A DNA stretch of 63,802 nt, filler included, from Rhabdomonas costata (taxonomy: Eukaryota), in NCBI GenBank assembly GCA_019059605.1. It is 23 parts of 23 records of this genome, joined end to end, with 100 filler letters (N's around TTAATTAATTAA, not from the genome) between each part and the next. Parts side by side here need not be neighbours in the genome. Positions count along the whole stretch, not along the records: positions 1 to 2,682 come from JAHMHO010002368.1; positions 2,783 to 5,462 come from JAHMHO010002369.1; positions 5,563 to 8,241 come from JAHMHO010002370.1; positions 8,342 to 11,021 come from JAHMHO010002371.1; positions 11,122 to 13,800 come from JAHMHO010002372.1; 18 more parts are not named here. The stretch is one strand, 5' to 3'. Shown here one piece after another: positions 1 to 11,834 of this stretch; position 1 is the first letter of the stretch; each line of letters begins with the position of its first letter. The position numbers and the translations under genes were made by a program. Below the pieces are notes generated by a model that searched no databases, had not been told where the DNA came from, and saw only the letters and a program-made list of their open reading frames with translations.

Positions 1-1900
1 GTGTGTGGGTTTTACCAGAGATTCGTGGGATATTACGACATAGTTGCAGCCCCACTGACGGATTTAATGAAGAAGAAGAAGGATGGGTGTGGAGCAAAGC
101 TCAAGAGACAGCGTTTCAGAGGCTGGAATCCAGACTTTTGAAACATCCAGTTTTAGTGGTGCTTCACACCGATGCGTCAGATGTGGGATCGGAGCTACGC
201 TATCACAGCAAGTGGAAGATGGCAAGATGCATTCGGTAGCATGTCGCTCGAGAAAGTTGTCCACAGCGGAAAAGAATTACCCTGTTCATTAGAAAGAGAT
301 GCTAGCGTTGGTGGAAACGTTGGAAGAATGGAGGCATTACGTGCTGGGTTCAGATGTCAGAGTTCACACGGATAACTCGGCGCTGAGCTATTTGCAGAAG
401 AACCCCCGGCCTTTGCCAAGGCAAGTGCGGTTGTTGGAAACACTCCAGAGATATATACACTGAAGATTGCCCACATTCCGGGAATGCAAAATGTCGCTCA
501 GGATGCCCTGTCTAGACATCCAGTGGACTAATCGGAGTTTGTTTGCGACACTGAGATTGGGCGTAACACTCTGTGCACCACTGATGGTAGCATCAGAGGT
601 GGAGCCAGGCAATTGGTGGCCATATTACTGGTTAGACCCAGTAGTGAGGAAGAGGTACTTCAACTTGACTACAGCGGAGCTTTTGGATCCGAAGAAGTGT
701 CACCATGGCAGACTTTGGGAGTTGCGGAAGATTGTGGTACCGATTCAGAGATAACAAGATGTGATTTCCAGGTACAACGGCTCACCCGCAGCAGGTCATT
801 GTGGAGTGGCCAGGATGGCAGCCATGATAAATGCGACGTACACGTTCAATAACATCAAAAGAAGCGTACGAGCTTACGTGCGTACTTGTGATGTTTGCCA
901 AAGATGCAAAGCGGAGAACCATTTGCCGAGATGTCACACCCAGGTTTTGGATGTGCCAGTGATGAAATTGGAATCTATTTAGATGGATTTAGTTTCCATG
1001 CCTCCAGGTCCTTGGAAGTTTTTTGGTAATGGCTTGGAGGTGAACGAGGTGTTGGCGTTCACGGATCTATCAACCAGGATGGTGGTTGTGACACCATGCC
1101 ACAATGAGATGAATGCCCACGACACTGAGGAGTTGTTTTGTGGTAAGTGGTCAGACATCACGGGTTGCCGAGGAGTACAGTGAGTGACAGAGATTTGATC
1201 TTCATGTCGTTGTTATGGAGATATTTGATGGATTTATTAGACATACAGAGCAGATCCTCGTCGTACCATCCACATACCAACGGACAAGCAGAGCGAACCA
1301 ATAAGACCATGAATCAGATGATAACAACGCTGATGTATTTGCATCCAGGCACGGATTGGATTGAAATTTTGGTGTTGGTGGAGATTGCAATCAATAGTGC
1401 ACCCAACGCAAACACGGATTACAGTCCCTTCTACCTCAACTATCGTCCAGTGTTTTGGTGGGACCTTCTAGAGACAGCAGATCCAGGTGCAGTAGCAGCG
1501 AGATCTCCAGTGAGGTACCAGGTCAAGAGAATGAATGCAATTTGGAAGAAGGTGCGGGAGTCATTTGAGAAAAGCAGAATGCCGCAGCGTATGCCAGTTG
1601 CAAGATGGCAGATTACAAGTTTAGTGTGGGTCAGGATGTGTTGATCAGTAAGAGGAGGCATTATAATGGAGGTTTGTAGACCCACCAGGTAAGCTTATGC
1701 CAAAGGCCGTGGGACCGTTTACCATCATCAAGAAGATTACAGATACGACTTTTGTGCTAGACATTCCTAATGAAGTGCGGGGGAGAGCGCATCAGGTGTT
1801 ACATTCAAGTGATATAATCCCTTACGATACAATGGTGTTAGACCCAGTGGAAATGTTACCAGAGGATGATGGTGATGGCGATGAAGATGCGGAAGAATGA
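1..1900 (+). mobile_element. Degenerate Ty3/gypsy LTR retrotransposon pol (RT connection/RNase H, integrase Zn finger, integrase core, GPY/F motif)
   Basis: Motifs in order across frameshifts and stops: WSKAQETAFQRL..LHTDASDVG, SRKLSTAEKNYPVH*KEMLALV..WRHY, AAGHCG..VRAYVRTCDVCQRCK, HHGLPRSTVSDRD..SSYHPHTNGQAERTN, PKAVGPFTII. RNase H before integrase is the gypsy domain order. Confidence 0.93.
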
Positions 1901-2682
1901 CCAGATGAGGGTGGTGTAGACGATGGTTCATACCCACACGCAGATAGATTAGGTCGAAGTGTCAGGCCACAAAGAAGTTCAGCGAGCCCGGATGAAAATT
2001 CCAAAACAAAATAGAGTCGGAGATCGTCGGAACTGTCAGTAAGGAAGAGTCGAGCGGAGAGCAGACTCCGGTGAGAAGGCCAGATTTTGGAGAAGAAGAT
2101 GTCGACAAGGAGTAAGTACGAGGGCTTGACGCGGTGTGGAGTCCTGACGAGGAGGAAGGTGAAGTAGTTCCGTAGAGCTTGGAGATACCAGCCAGACCAT
2201 ATAAATACGATCTGGAAGATAAAGACGACGAGTTTGATGATGAAGAGCTTCCAGAAGGTGAAGAGGTTGTAGCGGTAGAACCGGAGCAATACCATCGTTG
2301 TCCAGAGCCATATTTGGAGGAAGTAAGTGCGGATGGGTCAGAATCAGGACGGCATGACGATGCCAAAGAAGAATTGCGGAAAGGAAAATACGGACAGAGA
2401 CCGTACGTGGATCAGCAAGCGGTGGAAGTTTCCATCGAAGCCAAAGCTTGTGGACAACGCATGGCGGAGCGTTTCATAGAGTTGCAAGAAAAGGCTGATA
2501 GGAGGTCTGTACAGCTTGGTGTGCAAAGGACCCACGATGGATCGCTTGACACGCTGCGAGTCCATTTTGATGATTCTCCACAAAATTAGACGGATGAGGA
2601 TAAATCCCAAGAGGATTTGTATGGAGAGGTGATTTTGCCTCCCATTGCTGGAAATGCTATACGCCCAGATTCTGGGCCGGAA

Positions 2683-2782
2683 NNNNNNNNNNNNNNNNNN
2701 NNNNNNNNNNNNNNNNNNNNNNNNNNTTAATTAATTAANNNNNNNNNNNNNNNNNNNNNNNNNNNNNNNNNNNNNNNNNNNN
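2683..2782. other. Artificial contig spacer (first of 22)
   Basis: N44-TTAATTAATTAA-N44, which puts stops in all six frames. It recurs at about 5463, 8242, 11022, 13801, 16583, 19368, 22147, 24926, 27702, 30478, 33256, 36033, 38811, 41587, 44363, 47136, 49912, 52700, 55476, 58251 and 61026. Confidence 0.99.
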
Positions 2783-3556
2783 TGTTGGTGGTGGTAGTGC
2801 AGCTGCCCGCCGTGTTCAAGAAGCGGTCGGGCGGCTGAGGGGAGGCGCCGGCGCTTCCCGGGGGAAGGAAGGGGTCGTTTGGCCCACACAGAGAGTCCCG
2901 GGGAGGGGCTCGGACCGGCCGCCCCACCACCGTGACACCCGTGGCACCTACCGGACAGCAACAAAGAGCAGCGCATTCCCTCGGTTTAGGGTTGTGTTTA
3001 GCACCTCTGCAGGTCAGGGTTACTGTCGATCTGCGTCCCCTTAGGCATTTTACTGCCTTTCCTCGCCAGAGGGAAGTAGAAATAATCAAAAGCTGCCGTG
3101 GTTGAGCCCTTGGCATGTTAGGCGATAGACTGATTCAGGGAGATCACGGCTGATTACCAAAGGGAGACTTAATGTCCCCCAATTAATCATCAGCCTGCTT
3201 CTTCAGCAATACAATCCCTTCAGTATCGCTCTAACCGAGCAGGGCTTCAGCCTCCCCACATATCCAAATACGGAAGTCGTCCTCAAGCCCCCCCTCCCCG
3301 TTTATAACACTAAAATCTTGAAGAACGCATGCCATACTTTAACGCCCATCTTAACCTAGAATCCCAGAGCGGACCACAGTAGTAAACGGAACAAACCCAT
3401 GACCTTGTGCATTAAGTACCGCCACAAGTATCCCCCTTGTGAACTTCTTGGTGGCTTTGAAACCGCTCAGCAATACAAGATGTTTCTCCGATCTGCAGAG
3501 GAAGCAAATTGAGGCACGTCGAATGGGGAGAAAGGCGGGTAGAGAGCGACCCACAC

Positions 3557-3830
3557 CCAAGTGGGCCTGCGAGATGGCGCAGGGGGGGCACAGCAGGCCT
3601 GCCAGGACGTCCCCGCCGCACGTGCCATGGATTCCGTAACCCTCGCGGACGAAGTTGCGCAGCGCACAGGGACTGAGGCAGAGGCAGCTGAGGCAGAAGC
3701 TCCCGCCGTCCAGCTCCCGCCGCGCCGCCCCAATCGCCACTCCAGGCAGCAGCAGCGCCAGCACACACTTTCCATGCCTCCGGTGGCACTCGAAGAGCCC
3801 AGAGAACCACTCCGGGCAAGCACACGACAT
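3557..3830 (-). CDS. PLAC8-family Cys-rich protein, first exon
   Basis: ATG at 3830. WFSGLFEC..C..ALLLPGV..G...R..VREGYGIHGTCGGDVLAGLLCPPCAISQ fits the PLAC8 pattern. Donor G|GTGTGG at 3556. Confidence 0.85.
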
Positions 3831-5562
3831 CCGGACCGAACCAACCGAGACTGGGCCTCACCACAGAGAACAGGCGCGACGCCCTTCCCGAAAAATGGCC
3901 TTGCTGGCGACACAATCAAGAAAAGGGCATGTGCCTCAGGGCCACCTGCGTGTGCCCCACAACGAGGGCACAACAATACCGAAGTGAAAAACCTGGGTGT
4001 TATCGCTCCAAAATTCGGAGGAGGTGGTCTCGTGCGGGCGAGATGGGCAAGGAATATCAAAAACCTTTTTTCTTGAGGGCGCAAGCACAAACCTCAAGAG
4101 TATACGACCGACAAGAGATACCCCAGCCACCACATTTTGCAGAGCTGACCAAAATTTAGCAATTTAACTTTGATCAAATTTATTACTTTGGAAGTTTTGA
4201 GCTTCAATGAAACCCAACCAAGCTTTAATCCTGCGTTTGTCGATCCAAAAAGGAATCCCACACGTCCTGTTTGGGCCCTGTTGCTGCGCCCCAAGGATTA
4301 CGGGAAGACTTACCTCCTTCACCCCTGTGACGAAAACAGACAAATACCTCCGCCCCCCCCCCAAAAAAAAAGGAGCTCCAGATAACCAGGACTCCGGCGC
4401 ATTGTGCGGTGAAGGATCACGTTCGGTAGCATAGACAAACAGCATACTGGCGGTCGGAAAGCAGCAAAGTGAAAACACGGCAACACGTCAACCAAAAATC
4501 TACACAAGGCGGAGGGTACACTTTTTACAGCAGAGAAAAAAGCACCAACAAAGGCAGAAACGCACAGCGGAAAGGCCCTCTCTGATGCCTTCTTCCGCAG
4601 GATCCTACGTTACCTAGTGGCTAAGGAATCCCCGCTCTGTCTTCTTGGATTCGCCCCACATGCACAAAGGATGAAAAGGAAACGCACCCGTGATTCAAGA
4701 GACACCCGCAGCCAGCAGCATTCAACACTGGCTGCAAGTGACAGGGGGCACTGGAAACATTGCCTTGTTTTGATCAATGGCATCCAGGCTTAGCAGAAAG
4801 GGACCTACCGACGCCAACACTTTATTTTGGCAGTCGCAAATCCTCGGAAGACGGAAAAGTTTACAATCGAGGATGGTAAGAACACAAAAAATGTCTCACC
4901 ATCCAGGCCATATGCACGCATATATAGATGGATTGCTGAATTTCCCTCCCTTAAGGCAGAGTCACACACCACTGTTCTTTTCAGGTGCAACAGGCTTCGT
5001 TCCGTCGATCAACGACCAGAAGATCCGGCACGCTCCACAAACCCCTAGCCGATCTATTGCTGGAGCCCCGCCCTTGCTAAACCTGGATGCTATCTGCAAC
5101 CTTGGCCACCGACTGCAAGTTGACAGAAAGCGACACCCGGGTGGGGAGGGGAGAAACACTTATATCATCGATTGCCTTGACGGCATGACAGCCGAGACCA
5201 ACGGAGGGGCGCTGGAATGCCATGTGGCCTGCGGCGCATACGGCGCACACACGGGAGGGCCAGGTACATACGCCGCGGCTGGGGGCTCGCTCATCGCCAT
5301 CGCGGGGTCAGCTGCCAACACGGCAAACGAAACCCGATAGAAAATCAGCGACGAGATGGTTCTGGGTGGCTCTCTGGATTGTGAGTCTCAGGAGTGTTTA
5401 TCTCATCGCAGACATAATGACAAGAATATTGAGCGCAATAAAAAGCGGAGGCACACAAAACANNNNNNNNNNNNNNNNNNNNNNNNNNNNNNNNNNNNNN
5501 NNNNNNTTAATTAATTAANNNNNNNNNNNNNNNNNNNNNNNNNNNNNNNNNNNNNNNNNNNN

Positions 5563-8238
5563 AGATACCAAGGGGCCAAGAAGAGCGGCTGTTACCTCCG
5601 GATTGTGACGTGCATAAGACGCAGGGGTGCGACCAGCCCCATCCCGCGCCGTAGGGCAAGCCCCTTGCGCGACAAGAGCCTGGACAATCATAGGATCACC
5701 TCGAATGGCAGCACGATGAAGCGGGGTGAGACCAGCTGAGTCAGGGAAATTTGGGTTGGCACCCCGAGCCAGCAATATCCCTAGGCACGAACCTCGACCA
5801 TAGTATATGGCAATGTGAATAGCAGTTGCGCCGGCAATAACAGGACAATCCTCTGGAGTGCGCGACTCTATGTAAGGTTCCTCAAAGCCGGGAACCTCTC
5901 GCTTCCCAAAATCTGACGCGGCGTCAAGGATGGCTGTCAGGCACTGAGAGCGGCCGCCCTCGACCGCGGCGAAAAGCGGAGTGAATCCATCCACCTGGGC
6001 GACATGAAGCAACTCTCTGGGATCGACCCGGTCAAGAAGAAGCGCGAGAATTGCAGGCTGGTTGTTTCGTACGCAAACAAGAAGCAAGTTGTCCCCGCGA
6101 GACGTCACCACGTCAGGACCATCCAAGGTGGCCCCAGCAGCGATAAGACGCTCACAAATGCGAAGGGAGCCCATTTGACAAGCTACAGCAAAAGGGCCCA
6201 TCCCCTGCCTGTTCCGAAGATTGGGGTCGGCCCCAGCTGCGAGCAAGGCATCCACCAGACAAGGGTATCGCTTAGCACAAGCAACGTACAAAGGGCTATT
6301 CCCAAGCACGTTGCATTGATCCACCGGAACACCGGTGTTGATCAACCATTCTGCATGGGGAAGTGTGCCCTTCTCAACAGCTCTGTGGAGCAGGGTATCG
6401 CCAGTTCCCGGGCCTTCAGATGTGGGCGGCATGGTCGCCTGCAGTAGAGCCGGACTGTGCTCAATAACAGCTTTCAAGAGGTCAAGGTACAAGTCAGTGT
6501 CAGGTGCATCCGGCTTGCGTGGGAAGGCATCAGCAAAGACCCATCCAGGATGGATGCCAGGGTAACGGTCAACTTTCGTTGTCGATGAGCTGCTAGAACC
6601 AGCAGTACCAACAGGATCCTCCTCAAGCACCTCAGAAAGTTCAGTAGTCGGCGAGATGAACGACAACGCACGATTCAAAAGAGCCAGATCGCATTGCCGA
6701 AGAGCCACCTCAGCTACGCTTCTCCAATCCACCAGAGAGGATGTTTGTAACGCGTGATCAAGGCGCAATCGAACCAGAGCTGGAGGCATGTCTACAGTCA
6801 TCCTCACTTCCTTAGCCGAGTCTGGAGATGGTACCCGCTCGAGTTTCTCAGTTTTCTCGGGATCCGCACACCTAGGAACGGGCACAGTGTGACCCTCGCT
6901 GATTAGCTTCTCCAACAGCTTTGCGCATCGAACAAAGCCCTTTTCTAGGGCAAACGTTTGAAGTCCGTCTTTGCGCGCAGCTGGGATGCAGGCCCCCAAC
7001 TGAATTAGCCCCTCCAGAGTTCTGCAGAATCCCCGCCGCTTCACCGCAAGTGTCACGCACGTTTCCCCCGTCCCATTCGGGGTCTCCAGATCAAACGAAG
7101 GAGCGCAATCAGCAAGAAGAGCTACAACACGGGGAAAACCACAATACGAGGCCAAGTGGATCGCGGTGTTTCCGTCCATATCGGGCTGCGTAATGACGAA
7201 TGCTCTCTCGGCACTGCTGAGGCTTTGGACAGCTTCCTGGATTTGAAATTCTCCGGAAGCTTGATGTTCGCATTGCATAATCAACTGCTGCAATATGTTC
7301 CGACCTACATCTTTCTTTGTTCCACTGCCGATGTAATGGACAGCCTTTTCAGCAACAGCTGCCATAGTTCGATGTGCGAATGATGTGGAACATGGTGCAC
7401 TTTGAGATGCGCACGTGGTGTGAGCTGAGGACGGTGCAGCCTGTGCAACGGAAGAAGCAATCGAAGAAGTAGCGGGGGCTGCAGGCGTTTTCTTAGAAGA
7501 AAGGGCGGATGCATCAGAAATATCGTGAAGCTTTCCTGCGTTCATAGAAGCCGCGATTTGGTTGGCATCTTTGCATTCTCGAACCTTGACAATCTGCTCC
7601 AGCAAGGCCGGAATTCGGTCATGAGCATCACTGCCCAGGGAAGCCACGGCACGGAGGCGCTGCTCCAAAAAGGAAGCCCAAAGCTTAGCAGCAGGAATAG
7701 GAAGCGGAGGGGTCGCAGTGATGGCAGAATGAAGTTCGAGGGCACCATCTGCAATGCGATGCACCCGAGCACCAACCCACGCTCGAGCTGTTGCGCTCAC
7801 GCTCGTAAAACTAGTGTCTTCGGGAACCACAAGTGTCCAGTCCACAGGATAGGAACGCGAATCCAAGCTCTCTGGTTCACGCGCAGGGGCGGTGCCCGAA
7901 GAATCAGAACGAGTTCCCCCAAGCACAGTAACCGTCAAGGGAAGATGCACTCCTCCTGCGGACGGGTTCTGCTGAGTGGAGGGCAGCTCAACCCAAGCGA
8001 CGGCTGTGCCAACCCCATTCAACGCCATTCGCAAGGGAACTCGCACTGAAGATCCACCGTCAGCAGCGGGCTCGCCAGAAGCGGACAGAAAGCGCCACAA
8101 AGGAGAAGAGCTCGAATCAGAACTCGGGCCAGAGGGGGATGACGAAGGAGCATCTCCAAAACTAACCGTTCCGCCTCGAACGTCGACCCGCTCCAACAGA
8201 AGGTCACATCCACCATGTGCTGCAACTTGGTACCCCAA
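5563..8238 (-). CDS. Large ankyrin-repeat protein, open at both contig ends
   Basis: About 890 uninterrupted codons with about 10 ANK motifs (GNTAIHLAS, GETCVTLAV, GDTLLHRAV, GNSPLYVAC, GFTPLFAAV, GATAIHIAI, GLTPLHRAA, GRTPASYA). The N-terminal third is not ANK. Confidence 0.93.
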
Positions 8239-8784
8239 ACCNNNNNNNNNNNNNNNNNNNNNNNNNNNNNNNNNNNNNNNNNNNNTTAATTAATTAANNN
8301 NNNNNNNNNNNNNNNNNNNNNNNNNNNNNNNNNNNNNNNNNGGTGGTTGGGTTTTGCGTCACTTCCAGGCAGAGTTGCTGGACAAGTCGTGGCGTTCTCT
8401 CCTGTTTGTGTGCCTTAGTGATGGGTGCTTCCGCGGTCTCCCGGTGACGGAAAACTTTGGCTCATCATTGTTTTTTCTTTGGAGCAGACACGTATTTTCA
8501 GGGAAACCTAATAACTTCATTGAAGTATGGAGGTTTTGTCAAAGGTACCCGCGGTTGACGGATCACTTCGATTTGCGTTTAGTTGGGATGAAATTATGAT
8601 TGAAAAATTGAAAATTCATCGGACCGGTTCATTGCTTTGTCGGATGAATGGTTCAGTACAACTAATACATTTTCCTACACCTCACGAATGTGCTTCAGCG
8701 TCACACTGTCTCATTGGTTTTGTGTTCGAACCATTTCCTCCACTGCCCTCTCCGTATACCTCACACGCTCGCTCTGTCTGTTAG

Positions 8785-9084
8785 GTTGTGGAGCTCGTGC
8801 CCGTACGGTGCACTCGGGAGTTTGCCTCTCGTTGCGAGTACCGCTTCTACCGCGACTTGGCCCGGCACTGCGGGCTGGTCTACCTTCCCGTTCCCGCAGA
8901 CGGGGACTGGGCCTCTGCTGCACTCTCCGTCAACCCAGCAGCCGTCATTCAAGCCGTCTCCCAAGCCGCGGCTGCCACCGGCTCCGCCTTTCACAACGCC
9001 AGCCTTAGCCTTGCGACTCAGCGCACTCCCGCCAGAACTACTGAGCATTTTGACTGCACCTCTTGGATGGCGGCGGGAGGTTGA
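8785..9084 (+). CDS. Terminal exon, probable GT61 (DUF563) glycosyltransferase C-terminus
   Basis: Acceptor ctgttag|, then VVELVP...FYRDLARHCGLVY, which resembles the GT61 C-terminal V.EL.P..Y..LA...GL.Y pattern. TGA stop. Confidence 0.6.
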   Translation, partial: VVELVPVRCTREFASRCEYRFYRDLARHCGLVYLPVPADGDWASAALSVNPAAVIQAVSQAAAATGSAFHNASLSLATQRTPARTTEHFDCTSWMAAGG

Positions 9085-11611
9085 GCCTTTGATGTCGCCT
9101 CTGGTAATTCCAGTTTTGCTTCAACTGATTCCAAATAACGAGATCTGCGAGGCAACCGCTGGATGGTTGGCATGAGCTGAGCCTTGGTGGACCGCGCAGT
9201 GCTGCGTAGCGCCAGTCACGCTTCTAATCGCCGAGGGCCTGACAGGCAGGAATCTTGGGACGGACTGGTTGAGCACTCCCTCTGACGACGCCAGCTTTAG
9301 GATCCAACGCCGGGAAGCCACTGGGAAGTTTCGGGAGTTGTTTTTTGGCGGCGTCTTTTGGACTGAATCAGTGTCTTGCACCACCCAGCTTGGTTTCCAG
9401 AACAGAGTGTGGGATAAAAATGCTGTCGCATTTTACTGCTTTACCGATCAGCAGGACAGTTTGGTGAGACAAGACGGATGAGGTTGCGCGTGTGCGGCGG
9501 ATCAGTGGTCTTGGTTTGGCTGCACCTCTGAGTTGGGTGAACTTGGCTATGGGCCTTTGTTTTTTGCGGGTGCTTCCTTGCCCGGACGCTGTCCACCACC
9601 CCAGCGCGAACGCTTACCCTACAGAAGCGGCCTTTCGGTCTTTCCTTTTGCTTCGGGTTTCAATACGTAGAGATGGGAATCAGGACAGGCGGCAGCGTGC
9701 TGGGCTGGGGGAGCCGATCACTGCTCGTGACGGAACTACCCTCTGCTACTGGAAATGCTTGCCTTTTTTGCAATGGCACGACGCGATCTGGGTTGGGTTT
9801 TCGAACACTCAGAGAGAGAGAAGAGATCCGAAGGAAAGCGTTGGTCATAAGAAACGCGATTTTCATGCTTTTTATACAACTTTGTTGACTGTATTGGTTG
9901 GATGCCTTGCAAGTTCAATTTCAAGATGCGATATCGGCCGTAGTCAATGAAAATCACTTTAATGTGACGTTGTGGCGTCCGATTTGTCTGTGTTTGCGTT
10001 GTCTGGGTGTCTTGTCTTTTCGATTTGGGATGCTGCGACCGCCTCTGCCTGATGTAAAGAAAAGTGTCTGTAACCACAGCTGTGGATTTGCATAGAATGT
10101 GCCCTCGCATGCTTATTCATCTTCTTGCCGCTGGCGCGACACCGATTCCCTACCTTGCAGCAGTGTGATTTGTCAGCGTTGCCAACTTTGTTTCTTTTTC
10201 ACCTTCTCGCTGCAATTCGCGTGGGCTCTGTCCCCCTCTCCACTGCCTATGCCTTTCCTGTCCTCTGTTCGGTTAAGCTAACCACCGCCCTTCTCTTTGG
10301 ACCAGGCCCCTGATTTGTTTTCCGCGATGGCTGAAGCACATGTGCAAGACCCCTCTCAAGGAAAGACACACGATGCGGCAAGTATGGCATGGAAGCTCCC
10401 TTCACCAGACGGGAAGCTGTTTATGCCGTCACATATGCAGTGGAAGCACCTTGGAACCTTTGAAACTTTACGGTGGTTGATTTTCACGCTGACGTTGGCT
10501 CTTAATATTGCTCGTGACAGCTCGAGGGTCCCCCCTCCCCCACACATGCACTCCTACGCAGCATTAGGAATGGTTGCTGAGTGCTTTTGGATCAAATCAA
10601 GCTGGTTCCAATGACTGTCTGAGTTTCACATGCAATCGGACCAAATTCCGTCGCCATGCAAACGCTTTTCTCACCCACGCAGGAAATGCTCGATAATGAG
10701 GGTTACAGAGTTTTTTTTCAACTGCCGCGGCTCCACAGGGAAGATGCTCCAAGACAAAGAAAACCGTGAAATTCATCCTTGTTCCATCCTTTATGCTGCG
10801 CTTCAGTTTTGTTTTTCGAAATGCATCCTGTCCTCTGCGTTTTGTGCGTATATTCTTTCTGTCAAAAACCGTTACCAAAGCGTTAATGGAGCGAAGCCTG
10901 CTGGGTAAAAAGGATCATCTTATTTGGTTTTTTTCGATTCCCCTTTCGCCATCAAGGCGGTAGTCCTAAAGGGCGTTGTTAACGGCACCTCCCTTGGGGC
11001 TAAAGGGGAATCAAAAAAAACNNNNNNNNNNNNNNNNNNNNNNNNNNNNNNNNNNNNNNNNNNNNTTAATTAATTAANNNNNNNNNNNNNNNNNNNNNNN
11101 NNNNNNNNNNNNNNNNNNNNNGGGGGGGGTGGTCGTGGATTTAGAGGGAGTGATCCCCCCGCCTCCACCTTAGTACACGTTTGCATGTTTTTGTTCAGGT
11201 TCCCACAGCACTTTTTCAATTCACAGTTTTTTGCTTCTCCGTGCCAGTGTCAAAAAGGTGCCTCTTGAAGATGAATCGGAAAAACGGAAATGGAAGAAAC
11301 GGCAGTGCTTCCCAGTCTTTTCCCCCTCTCCAAAGCCTCCCTCGCAGTGTGTTTCGGAAAGAAGCCTATGGAGCTGAATATAGCAAGAGGCTTTTCGACG
11401 CCCCAGCCGTCTGAAGACACAACTGTCCCTACGTCAAAGAAGAAAAAAGAGGAAGGGGGGGAGGGGAAGTGGACCTTGAATAACTTCTGGTGGTCTCGAA
11501 CGCACCTCCGTTGCTTGAGGCACACCTATGTAGAGCAGAAGAGGTCTCACACTGTCCGCTTCATTTCCTGTCTCACTCTGCCGCATGATTGCACACTCAG
11601 AAAGTGCACAC

Positions 11612-11834
11612 CATTCACGTAGTCGAAGCAGTGGCGCTTGCGGAAACTGCGCCGGCCTTTCAGAACTTCAAAGCTATACCCGGGCAATGCTGGCAAGGTG
11701 TTCTTCAGCACGTCCACCGACTGTAAGCAATCGGAAAGAAGACAGACAAAAACCAACACGTCTGAAAATGAGTTTTTGATAGCAAAGTCAATGAGAAAGG
11801 TGTCCAACGAGAACTTCTTCAGAACAAGTTAGGC
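11612..11834 (-). CDS. Hypothetical protein, two exons separated by a putative 39-nt GT-AG intron
   Basis: PNLVLKKFSLDTFLIDFAIKNSFSD | gtgttg...ttacag | SVDVLKNTLPALPGYSFEVLKGRRSFRKRHCFDYVN, then donor GTGTGC. No family recognised. Confidence 0.4.

Noticed and set aside
2727..2738. TTAATTAATTAA recurring every ~2.78 kb, resembling a regular repeat array or nanochromosome boundary
   Set aside because: It is always centred in 44+44 N and is a synthetic stop linker. The equal spacing most likely reflects contigs sorted by size.
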